DNA of 64,000 bases, taken from Pecten maximus (taxonomy: Eukaryota). This document shows, piece by piece, positions 13,440 to 24,590 of this stretch. The DNA lies in assembly GCF_902652985.1 (NCBI RefSeq), contig NC_047019.1, positions 14,190,097 through 14,254,096 of the forward strand, read 5' to 3'. The notes below the pieces were generated by a model. That model was not told the origin of the DNA, searched no databases, and saw only the letters and a list, made by a program, of their open reading frames with translations. The translations under genes were made by a program, and so were the position numbers. Within the stretch, counting starts at the first letter, position 1. The number at the start of each line of letters is the position of its first letter.

Positions 13440-13546
13440 GAACGATTGTCATGCTGGATAATGTTGATGATATTATCCACAAAAATGAAAAAGGATTTAT
13501 ACCATTTGTCAAAATGCTATTGAATGCAATACAGACAAAATGCAAG
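13440..13546 (+). CDS. NB-ARC gene exon 4 (Walker B)
   Basis: The acceptor is cacaacag|g and the donor is caag|gtaaga. The exon encodes TIVMLDNVDDIIH..., with the hhhhDD Walker B motif. Confidence 0.85.
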
Positions 13547-13749
13547 GTAAGACCAATTTAATCTGACTTTATTTGAGAATGTTGTTTTGTGTCAGGTCTG
13601 GAAATAACAGACCAAAACTTACATGATGTATGTCATTAAAAATCTTGAGGCAGGTCTGAGCAAGGAGACATCAAAATGTTTTTGAAAATCTTGAGTTGCA
13701 GGTTCAGATAATGTGTATTTAATGTTTCTTGTCGATGACTTTATCCTAG

Positions 13750-13899
13750 GTCCGAGTTATCATTACAAGTCGTGTAAGCCTCCAGCGTGACAGATTTGGA
13801 GGAACCTTGACAGAACTGAGGGATCTCCTATCTGAAGTGGAAGTTCGACAGCTGCAGGTAGACGATGCTAAGGAACTGATCAGAAAGTGTACTCCAAAA
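13750..13899 (+). CDS. NB-ARC gene exon 5 (RNBS-B / sensor-1-like TSR motif)
   Basis: The acceptor is tcctag|g and the donor is aaaa|gtaaga. The exon encodes VRVIITSRVSLQRDRFGG...; in-frame, 150 nt. Confidence 0.85.
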
Positions 13900-14408
13900 G
13901 TAAGATCCGTTATCAGAAAATTAAATAATTGATGACATTATCAAGAGGGTGAGATTGATGCAAATAACATGTTTGAATGAAAATAATTTAGTCACTAAAA
14001 TAGGTAATTATCTCCCCTCAAAAATGAATCTTATTTTGTTACATTACTGTTACCTATAGTAGAGTGATGGGAAATAATTCAGAATCAATAATCAGAAACT
14101 CGAAATCGATTAATTATCGATTATAATCGCTTTTCTAAATTTGGCAAGGAGTTGTCCTTTTGCTGAAAATTTATGTTCATCTCAAATGAATTTATTACAT
14201 ATCTTAGCCTTTGTTATCAATGTTTTTATTATTGAACACAAACACAGCATTTAACGGTTGTTAATTCATTTGAATCTCCTTAATCGATGAACCTATTGGT
14301 AAAAGATAAGATCATCCACTTCTTGGTTCAGTAATATTGCAAAAATATGCGAAGCCATAGCTTTACGAACACACTTCCAGATTCCACTTTCCGATTTATT
14401 GCCTTTTT

Positions 14409-15460
14409 AGCTCACCTGGTCCGAAGGACCATGGTGAGCTTATGCCATACTGTAGCATCTGTCGTCCGTCGTCCGTCCGTCCGTCCGTCCGTCAACAATT
14501 TACTTCTTCTTCATAACCACAGATCAGAATTTGACCAAATTTGGTCAGAAGCATCCCTATGGGGTGGGGGACTCAAAATTGTACAAATGGTGGGGCTGAC
14601 CCCCCAGGAGGCTATATTGATATAAATAGCTTCTTCTCTGAAACAAACAATGGATATCACTCATATTTGCCTGGTAGCATCACTATGGGGTGGGGATTCA
14701 AAATTGTAAAGATGATGGGGCTGACCCCCAGGGGCCTGAGGGGCGGGGCAAAATGTGGTCAATTTGGCTATATTGAATAAACGACTTCTTTTCTGAAACT
14801 GAGCAATGGATATCGCTCATATTTGCCTGGTAGCTAGCATCCATAGGGAGTGGGGATTTAAAATTGTACAAATGGTGAGGCTGACTCCCAGGGGGTCTGA
14901 GGGACGGGGCAAAGATGGGTCAATTTCGCTATATTGATATGAACAACTTCTCCTCTGAAACTAAGCAATTCATATCACTCATATTTGACTGGTAGCATCC
15001 CCTTGGGTTAAGGATTCAAAATTGTACAAATTACGGGGCTGACCCCTGGAGGCTGAGGGGCGGAGCCCAAAGGGGTCAATTTGGCTAAATTGATATGAAC
15101 AACTTCTTCTCTGAATCAACTCATATTTGTCTGATAACATCCTTTTGGGTAGGGATTCAAAATTTTATAAAAGAAGGAACTGACCCAAAGGGGGCAGAGG
15201 GCGGGGTCAATTGGTTTAAACAACTTCTTTTCTGAAACTAATCAATGAATATCACTCACATATGTGTCGTAGTATCCTTATGGGGTTGGGCAAAAAGTCA
15301 ATTTCATTTCATGGATTAATGCATTTTTTAGCATAAAAATCTCACATACCCATATAAAATGCCTATAATATATTGACATAGCAATACCAGTGACAAATAT
15401 ACTTAAGCATCATTTTTGTTTCATATCATGAAAACCAGGTGAGCGATACAGGGCCTCTTG
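14409..15460 (-). mobile_element. Helentron-like non-autonomous element (HINE), copy 1, in NB-ARC intron 5
   Basis: It has a terminal hairpin 'agctcacctggtccgaaggaccatggtgagct', a (gtcc)n microsatellite at 14458-14492, and an internal tandem array of about 150 bp with 5 copies. The other terminus is 'ccaggtgagcgatacagggcctcttg'. It is flanked by T on both sides, consistent with a TT target. Confidence 0.65.
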
Positions 15461-15844
15461 TTTTAAAATTGTCATAGATGATTGTTTATTTTTATTTATC
15501 TTCTTTTTTTTTTTTTAACATTTAAACATTTCAATTTGTATTAAATGTTTAAACAGTACATTTTTCAACAGGTACGCTCAACCAAAATTCTCCTCATGGG
15601 TAGTGGTGTTCAGTCACATGACTGGGGATTATTCCAAAGTCATGTAACTTAATATTATTTTTCATCTCTTGCAGATTGGTAGATTACTTAATGCTTTAAT
15701 ATTTCGATTCTATCAGTCAAAGCTCTCATTATTTTCCAGAAAATTAAAACAAGTAGCAACACATTTGTATACTGGTTAGATTTATATCTGATATCCGATT
15801 GTGAAAAATATAATACTCTATACCTGATTATGTGTCTCCTGCAG

Positions 15845-17420
15845 GGGTTGGTATCAGAAGAGGAGTGTTATTGCCTGGTTAAACTGACTGAGAGGAACCC
15901 CCTGGCTTTACGTACAATATGTAGTATTCTGAAAAACTGCTGCAGACAGGTAAAGCCAGCTGAGGTGATTAGACATCTGAGGAGCAATGAAGGAAAACTG
16001 TCCATGGTTGGTATGGAAAAATGCCTCCAGGAGAGTTTCGATAGACTTGAAGATAGCATGAAAAATATTCTGATACAGTTGACATTGTTCAAGACCTCAC
16101 CTTTTGACATCAATGCTGCCAGTGAAGTTTTAAGGGCTGACAATACTCCAAAACCACAAATTTTGCTGACAAAGATGAATCTATTCCATTTGAAAAGCCG
16201 TCACCTTATTGAAGTCCAAGATACGACCATTCAGACAGAAGGAAACCTGAAACAGAACATCCAGCCCAGACCTGAAGAATTGGGAAACATCAACAGAAAT
16301 GTCCTGTATTCCCTACATCCCCTGGTGTTTGAGTTTCTAACCAAACAAAAAAGTCAAATGTCAGCAGTATTGATGCCTGCAAAAATAAGGTTTTTTGAAT
16401 ACATGGAAAGAATTATTGGAATAATCGGAAAGGAGCAAGAAAATTATTATTATAGCACTCAGCTGTATCTAAGAGAGTATCACGTACATATTCAGAGCTA
16501 TTTTGACATTACATTAGAGCTTCAGGGAGATATTGAGACCAGAAGAGTAAATATGACCACATCAAACCGAATTTTGGAGATAGGCCGACGAGTCCTTAAT
16601 CAGGACGGGCAGCTACGATGGCTTCAGTGGGTTACAGATAGAGCTGAACGAAATGGCCAAGTTGATCAGTGGGTCTTCTACCGTGGCTACATGATACAAT
16701 TGCTGACAGAAATGGATACAATTTCTGACATACCAAGCATCATGGATGTTACCGAAAGAAAACTTGATATGAAACTGAGGAGACCTGATACTGGTATGAA
16801 AGTAGCTTTAGGAAATTATCACCATAAAAAGGCAATGTACTTCAAAAAAATAGATAATCGACAGAAGGTCATCGAAAACTTGGAAAAGGCTAGGCAGTAT
16901 TTAGAGGATGAGGACATCAGACCAATGACAAACATGGTTATGATACTTGCCAATGTTTACAACGACCTTGGGTGTTCGTATTATCTACATGATTCAGAGA
17001 AGTGCAGAAGCTATCATGAAAAAGCGATTTCAAAATCGTTAGAAGAACACCCAGATGTGGACATGTTCAAAAACAATCTTGCTGTTTGTCAGTTAAAAGA
17101 TATATTGGACCAGACTTTAGAGCAGTCATCCCGAGATGAGAACATCGAAGAGACACTTGAACATTTCAGCAATGTAATAGCAAAAGGAAGACGGCAAGGC
17201 ACAGATAATACAGATTCACACACAGTAGCTCTGAGAAACAGATCAACATTGTATCTGCACTTAAAACGGTACGAGGAAGCATATTCTGATGCTAAAAAGA
17301 GTCTTGAAGTGCGAAAAAAGATTTTGAAGGACCCGCATGAGGACTTGACTTTGAGCTGTAGCCACGTGGCCCGTATTTTGTATAACTGGGGCGACCAGCA
17401 GATACGCAGTGGGAATATAG
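15845..17420 (+). CDS. NB-ARC gene exon 6: GLPLA-like motif, winged-helix/helical region and TPR-like repeats
   Basis: The acceptor is ctcctgcag|G. A 1.6-kb ORF encodes 'TERNPLALRTICSIL' followed by TPR-like helices (for example ALGNYHHKKAMYF..., ALRNRSTLYLHLKRYEEAYSDAKKSLEV). The donor is atag|gtttgt at 17421 (phase 1). Confidence 0.8.
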
Positions 17421-17465
17421 GTTTGTATTAATTTTCATGTACCCCTCTTTGACATAGGTTTCATA

Positions 17466-17760
17466 ACAAAATATAGTTCATTAGTCCTCCACATAGAACT
17501 AAGATGACCAATATAGTTTACTGGTGACCAGTGGTCCTCCACGCGGAGCCGAGGAGACCTATTGGTCTACTGATCATCCTCATAGAACTAGGGGGATCTA
17601 TAATTTATTGTCCTCCACATGGAACCGAGGTGACCTATAATTTATTGGTCCTCCACATGAAACCAAGGTGACCTACAATTTATTGGTCCTCCACATGAAA
17701 CCAAGGTGACCTATAATTTATTGATCCTCCACATATAATTGAGGTAGCCTATAAATTTAA
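17466..17760. repeat. 40-bp tandem repeat, about 7 copies, in NB-ARC intron 6
   Basis: The unit is 'tggtcctccacatgaaaccaaggtgacctacaatttat'. Confidence 0.85.
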
Positions 17761-17798
17761 AAGCAATGAAATGAAATGTAAATTGGTCCTTTTCACAG

Positions 17799-17977
17799 GC
17801 CTAGGGTTCCCCCACCTTAAGGAAGCTATCCATTTCTACGATGAGGCTCTAACAAAGATAAAGAATGGAGGGTTATCCATAGACCATGAAGAATATGCTG
17901 AAATAAAGAAATTCCACTTGAAAGCTGTAAACAGAGTAGACACAAAAAGAAAACAGCACTTGGAACAGGAATACCAG
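17799..17977 (+). CDS. NB-ARC gene exon 7 (TPR-like)
   Basis: The acceptor is tttcacag|gc and the donor is ccag|gttagt. The exon encodes LGFPHLKEAIHFYDEALTKIKNGG...; the phase is consistent. Confidence 0.7.
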
Positions 17978-18327
17978 GTTAGTTGGAAACAGCTGTTCAG
18001 CAAGCTACGTTGATAAGGTACAAGATTGGTAAATACCGTGTTTGGCTAATGATAAACAAAGTTACATTGTACATTAAACTGTTTCAATCCTCTAAGATTC
18101 TTTCAAGAGATACTTGTAACAAAAATTATGGAAATCCTCAAGGGTGATAAGAAAGTTCATCCTTTAACACTTAACAAATGCTTTATAGAAGACAAAGTTA
18201 TTAACCCTTAACAAATGCTACTCATAGATGCAACCCAGATTAATGTTGAGGTAATGACGGATTGATGTGTCGAGTGTAATTTTAATTTATTACAAATTAA
18301 GGTACAAGTTTTATTTTCCACCAACAA

Positions 18328-18431
18328 ATTATTTAATTGAGGTTCTCCTTATTTACTTGTGGGACTTTGGAAGAGTGCATTATTTAATTGAGGTTCTCCT
18401 TATTTACTTGTGGGACTTTGGAAGAGTGCAT
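18328..18431. repeat. 52-bp tandem duplication immediately upstream of the exon 8 acceptor
   Basis: The unit 'attatttaattgaggttctccttatttacttgtgggactttggaagagtgc' occurs twice. Confidence 0.85.
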
Positions 18432-18459
18432 TGCATTAGAAATAACTGTTGTGTTACAG

Positions 18460-18940
18460 GATCTGGTATACAGAAGATCTAGTATCTTATTTGATAGAGA
18501 GGATAGTGGACATTCCTCGGATGGTGGTAGTGACGAGCAGGGTTCCAGTACCGATGATCTGATGAGTGACATACAGACAGACAGTTCACAGGACGAACAG
18601 ATCAAAACCTCTCGGGATGAGGGAACGTTAAAGGAGATGCCAGTAGATACTCAGAAGACTTTAGATGACACCATGAACTTCCTATCTCCAATGTCCAAGG
18701 GTAAAGGCAGATATGAACATCAAGATTCTGGATATGTTATGGGAGGCAGTACCAGTTCCTTTCGTAGTTCCACATCTCGTCGTTTGTCCAGACAAGAATC
18801 TTTTGAAGTTCTTGATCGACCAAGCATGACATCAAACACTTCGGGATCTTCAGAAGATGTTTTTCCTCCACCTAGTCCACTAGATTTGTCTATGAATGAA
18901 TTAATTGCAAAAGTTTCAAGAAAGTCTTCCAGAAGCAAAG
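18460..18940 (+). CDS. NB-ARC gene exon 8 (acidic, Ser-rich disordered tail)
   Basis: The acceptor is tgttacag|G and the donor is aaag|gtatct. The exon encodes DLVYRRSSILFDREDSGHSSDGGSDEQGSSTDDL.... Confidence 0.7.
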
Positions 18941-19221
18941 GTATCTAAATGATGTTAATAGTGAAAGGTGAAAAAATCCATTATGACATTTCTTTATAAG
19001 TTTTGAAGATCAAATATTACAACAGAAAACATCACTACAAATTACAGTTTGATCAACATCTATTTATATATTAAGTATCTAACATATCGAGAAATCCTGA
19101 TGGTTCTGATGAAACATCCCTATAGTAGAAACATGTGAACAACACTCTCCAATAAATTGGACCATTGAATGAATCTCCATATTTGCTCACCGTTTTTTTT
19201 ACATATATGACCTGATTTATT

Positions 19222-19882
19222 AGCTAACCTGGTCCGAAGGACCAAGGTGAGCTTATGCCATACCGTGGCGTCTGGCGTCTGGCGTCCGTCGTCCGTCGTC
19301 CATCCGTCTGTCAACAATTGACTTATTTGACTTCTTTTTCATAACCGCTGATCGGAATTTCACCAAATTTGGTCAGAAGCATCCCTATGGGTAGGGGACT
19401 CAAAATTGTACAAATGGTGGGGCTGACCCCCCCAGGTGCCTGAGGGGTGGGGCCAAATGTGGTCAATTGAGCTATATTGATATAACGACTTCTCTGAAAC
19501 CAAGCAATGGATACAGCTCATATTTGTCTGGTAGCACCTACTTGGGGTAGGAATTCAAAATTGTACAAATGGTGGGGCTGACCCCCTGGAGGGCTGAGGG
19601 GCGGGGCCAAACAGGGTCAATTTGGCTAAATTGTTATAAACAACTTCTCCTCTGAAACTAAGCAATGGATATTGCTCATATTCGCCTGGTAGCATCCCCT
19701 CGGTGTAGAGATTCAAAATTGTACAATTGGTGAGGCTGACCCCCTGGGGAATGTTCATGTACCCATATAAAATGCTTATGATATATTGACATAGCAATAC
19801 CAGTGACAAATATACTTAAACATAGTTCTTGTTTCATATCTCATGAATCCAGGTGAGCGATACAGGCCCTCTGGGCCTCTTG
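19222..19882 (-). mobile_element. Helentron-like element copy 2, in NB-ARC intron 8, ending 36 bp before the acceptor
   Basis: It has the same hairpin (agctaacctggtccgaaggaccaaggtgagct), a (gtcc)n tract, tandem subrepeats and the 'caggtgagcgatacaggccctctgggcctcttg' terminus. Confidence 0.65.
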
Positions 19883-19918
19883 TTGTTTTTGTGAGACCTC
19901 ATGTACTTATATTAACAG

Positions 19919-20220
19919 GGAGGAGTCGTTCTCAACAGAGCGATATACCTAACAGGGAAGAGAAACTTTCCAGAGGTCACAGTGACACGACAATTCTTCA
20001 AACCACAGGGAAAGCAGACTGCACTACATCTTTTGATCAAAGGCAGGCTTCGATAGAAGGTAAAGATGAACCTATCAAAGTCCCAGAGAAAGATGAAGGT
20101 CAAGGTGACATGGAGAGTCCTTCAGTACCTGTCAAAGTGACAGGGAAACGAAAGGGTATAGAGGACACAGAAAGTCCGGTGGTACCAGCCAAGTTGACAA
20201 AGGAGGATTTGGGTCATTAA
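19919..20220 (+). CDS. NB-ARC gene terminal exon (stop TAA at 20218-20220)
   Basis: The acceptor is attaacag|gg, 36 bp after a Helentron-like insertion. The phase closes the 3519-nt CDS at exactly 1173 codons including the stop. Confidence 0.7.
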
Positions 20221-20437
20221 GATGGATAATGTCCTGATAAAACAGCCAAGGTCAAAATGGAGGAAAGCTGTCATGGTAACAATGATACAGTAAATTGGGT
20301 TGGACCAGTCATGGTCACAAAGGCATAGAGATGAACCATTCAAAATCCTGTTTGAGTGGTCAAGGTCACAAAGGAGGATAGAGGTCAAGTGACTCAAAAT
20401 ACTGATTCCTGTTAAGAGTTTCAGGGAAGGGTAAAAA

Positions 20438-20452
20438 GGGGGGGGGGGGGGG
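20438..20452. repeat. Poly-G homopolymer (15 G) about 220 bp downstream of the NB-ARC stop
   Basis: Read directly. Confidence 0.9.
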
Positions 20453-22439
20453 ATCTTTAATTAACAAGTACTTTAGCCATTTTTACAAAACATGGCCAGG
20501 GTGACAGAAAATTCTTTGATGCCAATTGTTTAAGTTTATAAGCTGTATTTGATATGTCACCTATTTCAGTCATTTTAACAGTTATATAATTGAGGATTTA
20601 GAGTTACATAAAATGTACAGAATCCATTTTGAGCTTTATAGTATTACAGAAATTTCAAATTTTGAAGTATTGAAATGTGTAAACGTGTGTAATGTTTCAT
20701 TTAAAAGACCTAGTGTAGAAATTCTGTGCTGTAGCCATAGTATCTTTATAAATGTTAAGCTTGCTGTACAGTAGTGAGTTGACAAAAGAAGACAATTCAC
20801 GATTAATTTACATTTCCTGTGATTGATTTCACAGCCAGTATTGTAAATTAGATATTTGTTTTTAAATTTTTATTGAACATTTTTATGCACCTCAAGGTAG
20901 AAAAAATCGGAGGCGAATGCCTTGATACAGAACATTCCGTATGTTGTTAGTGATATTTAGATGTTCAACTACCATGTTGATATCGCAGCACTCTGTTAAC
21001 TTTAAACATTTCATAGTTTCCACTTAAGTCACAATATGATTTAATTGTGCATTCAACAAGCATTTTAATTGTCTTAAAATGTATGTTATCGGCCAATAGC
21101 ATAAAAATGACATTGCCGTTTGTATCGTTAGTTTCGACTGGCTGCTGCAGCGTAATAATTTCTAACTGAAAATATTTCATCATTGAAAATAAATTCAATT
21201 ATAAGGATTAACTTGGATACATGTTTTATGTTATGTAGCTATAACATTTCCGTAACATAACAGTTAATTAATCCTAAAATGAATATGTGAATAAATAATG
21301 AATTCTTTATTTAGAATTACAAAACACGATAACATCCTTGTAAACAAACAAATGTTTTTTGTTAAAGTGTTGCTGGAAGAACAACCTTTGAAATATGTTA
21401 CTACTAGCAGATGTGAGTAAACGGCTGTCTTTTATTTTCTGTCACATATTTAATATGTAATGATACCTGCGGCACAATTTGCCCCAATCTGTTTACATCT
21501 ATCAAGTCTTTAAGACAATAATCCAGAATGCTTGAAAATGTGTGAGGGATCAAGAAGAATTTATTTTCCTGTATATATTTTCTTATTGCGATTTTGACTC
21601 TTTTAAAAAGAGCAAAACCGTTGTTTTACAATAAAAGCTGTTGTTTTGACTGTAAATCTTAAACTGTTCAGATTGATAAATAGTATGAGCATTCCTAAAG
21701 GAAGCCAGGATAATGTTATTCAACCTCATGATCAAAGAGATGAGGGGTTTTCTTTAGGAATCACATTCTTTGTTCATGAATAATTTTGTTTTTTTTTCTA
21801 TTGTTTTTGTTATCAAAAAAAAGAAATGGAAGAAAAATAAAACACTAGAAAATGCCTGGACATCTATAGTTACGGACACAAACGTCTCCTTTGACATCAC
21901 AATCATCAGATTCATAAAAAATGAACCATCATAAGCATTCAATAATTAAAGTTTCTTGTCAACAGAGATTCATATATTTTTAAAACATTTAATGTTAAAA
22001 TTTTACAGCACATTATTTTTATTTTTGAACTTTGGAGATTACAAGATGTATTTTTTTAATTCTCATGTTATTTTTAAACATTTTATCATGTTAATGCAAT
22101 ATAATAAAGTGCCATTGATTCTAACAGATTTTTATACAAAACTAATATAGTGTATTATGTAATGTTTTTGAATTAATTATGATTTTTAATGATGTATATT
22201 TACATATTGTTTTAAATTCATTTTGGAAATTAAATTTTCTGTCACATTCCAATCTATAATTTGCATGTCTTTGTAAATAATTATGAAGAGGTTGAAGTTT
22301 TTGTACAGAATACTTTTGGAGCATGTTTGATTTACAGACCATCACTAAATGAATTGAAATCATTTTCAATTTACGTCATAGAAACTGGTCGATCCAAAAT
22401 CATCTTTTCTTGACACAATTCCTTCCGATGCCTTTGTAG

Positions 22440-22870
22440 AAATGTAGTCTCTCTGACAGACATTAAGACATTATTAATGAGATACGCACAATGTTGTTAA
22501 TTTAATTGTTATTTATATGTACCAGTTTTGAATGCAGCTACAGATTATTTGATGAGATTTTGTGATTGTTTTTATTAATTAGACAATGCAGCTTCAGATT
22601 ATTTGATTACATGTAGATTTTGTGATTGTTTTTATTAATTAGGCGGACTTTTATTCTTAAATGTATTTGATTTGTACAAAACATTCTTTCATTATTGAAA
22701 ACCACAATATGTAGAAATGTAGACTCTTTGGGCACAGTAACACTTTATCACTAATTACATACACACAATGTTGTTAATTTAATTGTTATATACAAGTTTT
22801 GGATGCAGCTAAAGATTATTTAATGAGATTTTGTGATTGTTTTTATTAATTAGACAGTTGTACAAAGCTT
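22440..22870. repeat. About 3 copies of a 150-bp AT-rich intergenic repeat
   Basis: The block 'aatgtag(t/a)ctct...caatgttgttaatttaattgtta...gattttgtgattgtttttattaattagaca' recurs. Confidence 0.7.
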
Positions 22871-23519
22871 TCATTATGGAAGTGTGGGAAAATTTGTCTT
22901 TTTGTATTGTAATAAAGAAAATAATAGTTGTTGACTTATAAGGAGAAGGGGCGCTTAATTTAGAATGCAGATTGATTCACGTTTGAAAATATTTGACTTC
23001 TGAAAGGGCTCATAAGTTACTGTAAAAACCTGTGTAGCACATTTGTTTGTTTGTTGTTGTTTTTTTGTACTGAAATAAAAGTTAAAGTTGGGTGTGTGCA
23101 AATTATACAGGTAGAAATGCTTTCAATTTTGTTTTTACAGAAAAAAAAAAGAAAAAAAAAGAGCTTTTCTTTTTATGGTTAATTTGAATTAAGTAAACAA
23201 GATGCAATTTCCTTTAAAACTATTACAAACACATAATGATAAAATCATTTTAACCATCAAGTATTTTGTAGAATAATTTAAAGCAAAGATTTGTGATAAT
23301 CTGTCTTAGTTCCATTTCAATACATCGATAGTGCCATTTTCATACATTGATTTTGGGACCTCCTGGACATCGTTTTTCGTTAAATTTTTTCATGCGCAAA
23401 GTACACAGATAGAAGGTTTTCTGCAGCATTTTCAGCCCCATAAAGTACCTGCGCAAATCACAGGTTTTTACAGTAACAGTAAAGTGGATTGAATTAGAAG
23501 GACTCATGAGTTAGAAGGT

Positions 23520-23700
23520 AGACTGGACTCGTAATTGGAAGGAAAGTAGACTTTCTGGAGTTAGAAGGAAAGTAGACTTTCTGGTGTTAGAAGGAAAGTA
23601 GACTTTCTGGTGTTAGAAGGAAAGTAGACTTTCTGGTGTTAGAAGGAAAGTAGACTTTCTGGTGTCAGAAGGAAAGTAGACTTTCTGGTGTTAGAAGTGG
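23520..23700. repeat. 26-bp tandem repeat, 6 copies
   Basis: The unit is 'agaaggaaagtagactttctggtgtt'. Confidence 0.9.
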
Positions 23701-24094
23701 CCTCATGAGTTGTAAGACTAAACAGAATTTTGTGCTGTATTACATGTTGATAGAAAACGAGGAGATATAAGTTCCCTGGATTTGATAAATTGTACCTACA
23801 ATATGTATAAGTTAATGAAGATAAAACTTCAATATATCAATGATAAAAGGCTGTCCTTACCCCCACCATTAGGGAGGGTAAGGGTTATAACTTGTAAGCA
23901 GCAACTACACAAAGTAACACTTCTCATTGCTGTTATATTTGTTATGTACTAATATCTGATGTACAATGTCATGTAATTATAACGTTTTGTCAGTTTATGA
24001 GTATTTAATACAGTAGTATTATATATTTTTAAGTCAGATATGTGTATTGTACTGTTATTATAATGTATCTATTTTTTTTAAATGCTTATTTCAG

Positions 24095-24590
24095 CCACGT
24101 AAATGACATCCAGCGCATATATGTCATGACGTCATATTGTAACAATGTACTGTATATGACATCCAGCGATGTATGTCATGATATCATATTGTAGCTACGC
24201 AAATGACATCCAGCAAATGTCTGTTATAACGTCATATTGTAACCACCCAAATGACATCCAGCACATGTCTGTCATGACGTCATATTGTAGCCACCCAAAT
24301 GACATCCAGCACATGTTTGTCATGACATCATATTGTAGCTACGCAAATGACATCCAACACATGTCTGTTATAACGTCATATTGTAGCCATGCAAATAACA
24401 TCCAGCACATGTTTGTCATGACATCATATTGTAGCCCTGCAAATGTCATCCAACACATGTCTGTCATGACGTCATATTGTAGCCATGCAAATGACATCCA
24501 GCACTTGTCTGTCATGACATCATATTGTAGCCACGCTTATGACATCCAGCACTTGTCTGTTATGACGTCATAATTGTAGCTGTGGAGACA
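24095..24590. repeat. 60-bp minisatellite, about 8 copies; each unit carries a CRE-like palindrome tgacgtca or tgacatca
   Basis: The unit is 'atgacatccagcacatgtctgtcatgacgtcatattgtagccacSMaa'. Confidence 0.9.

Noticed and set aside
15868-16143. A 91-aa antisense ORF inside NB-ARC exon 6, and the antisense ORFs 44450..44868 inside the large-gene exon
   Set aside because: They are fully overlapped by better-supported sense-strand exons and have no independent signals.
24169-24573. A 134-aa plus-strand ORF (MSVITSYCSHANDIQH repeats)
   Set aside because: It is a reading-frame artefact of the 60-bp CRE minisatellite.
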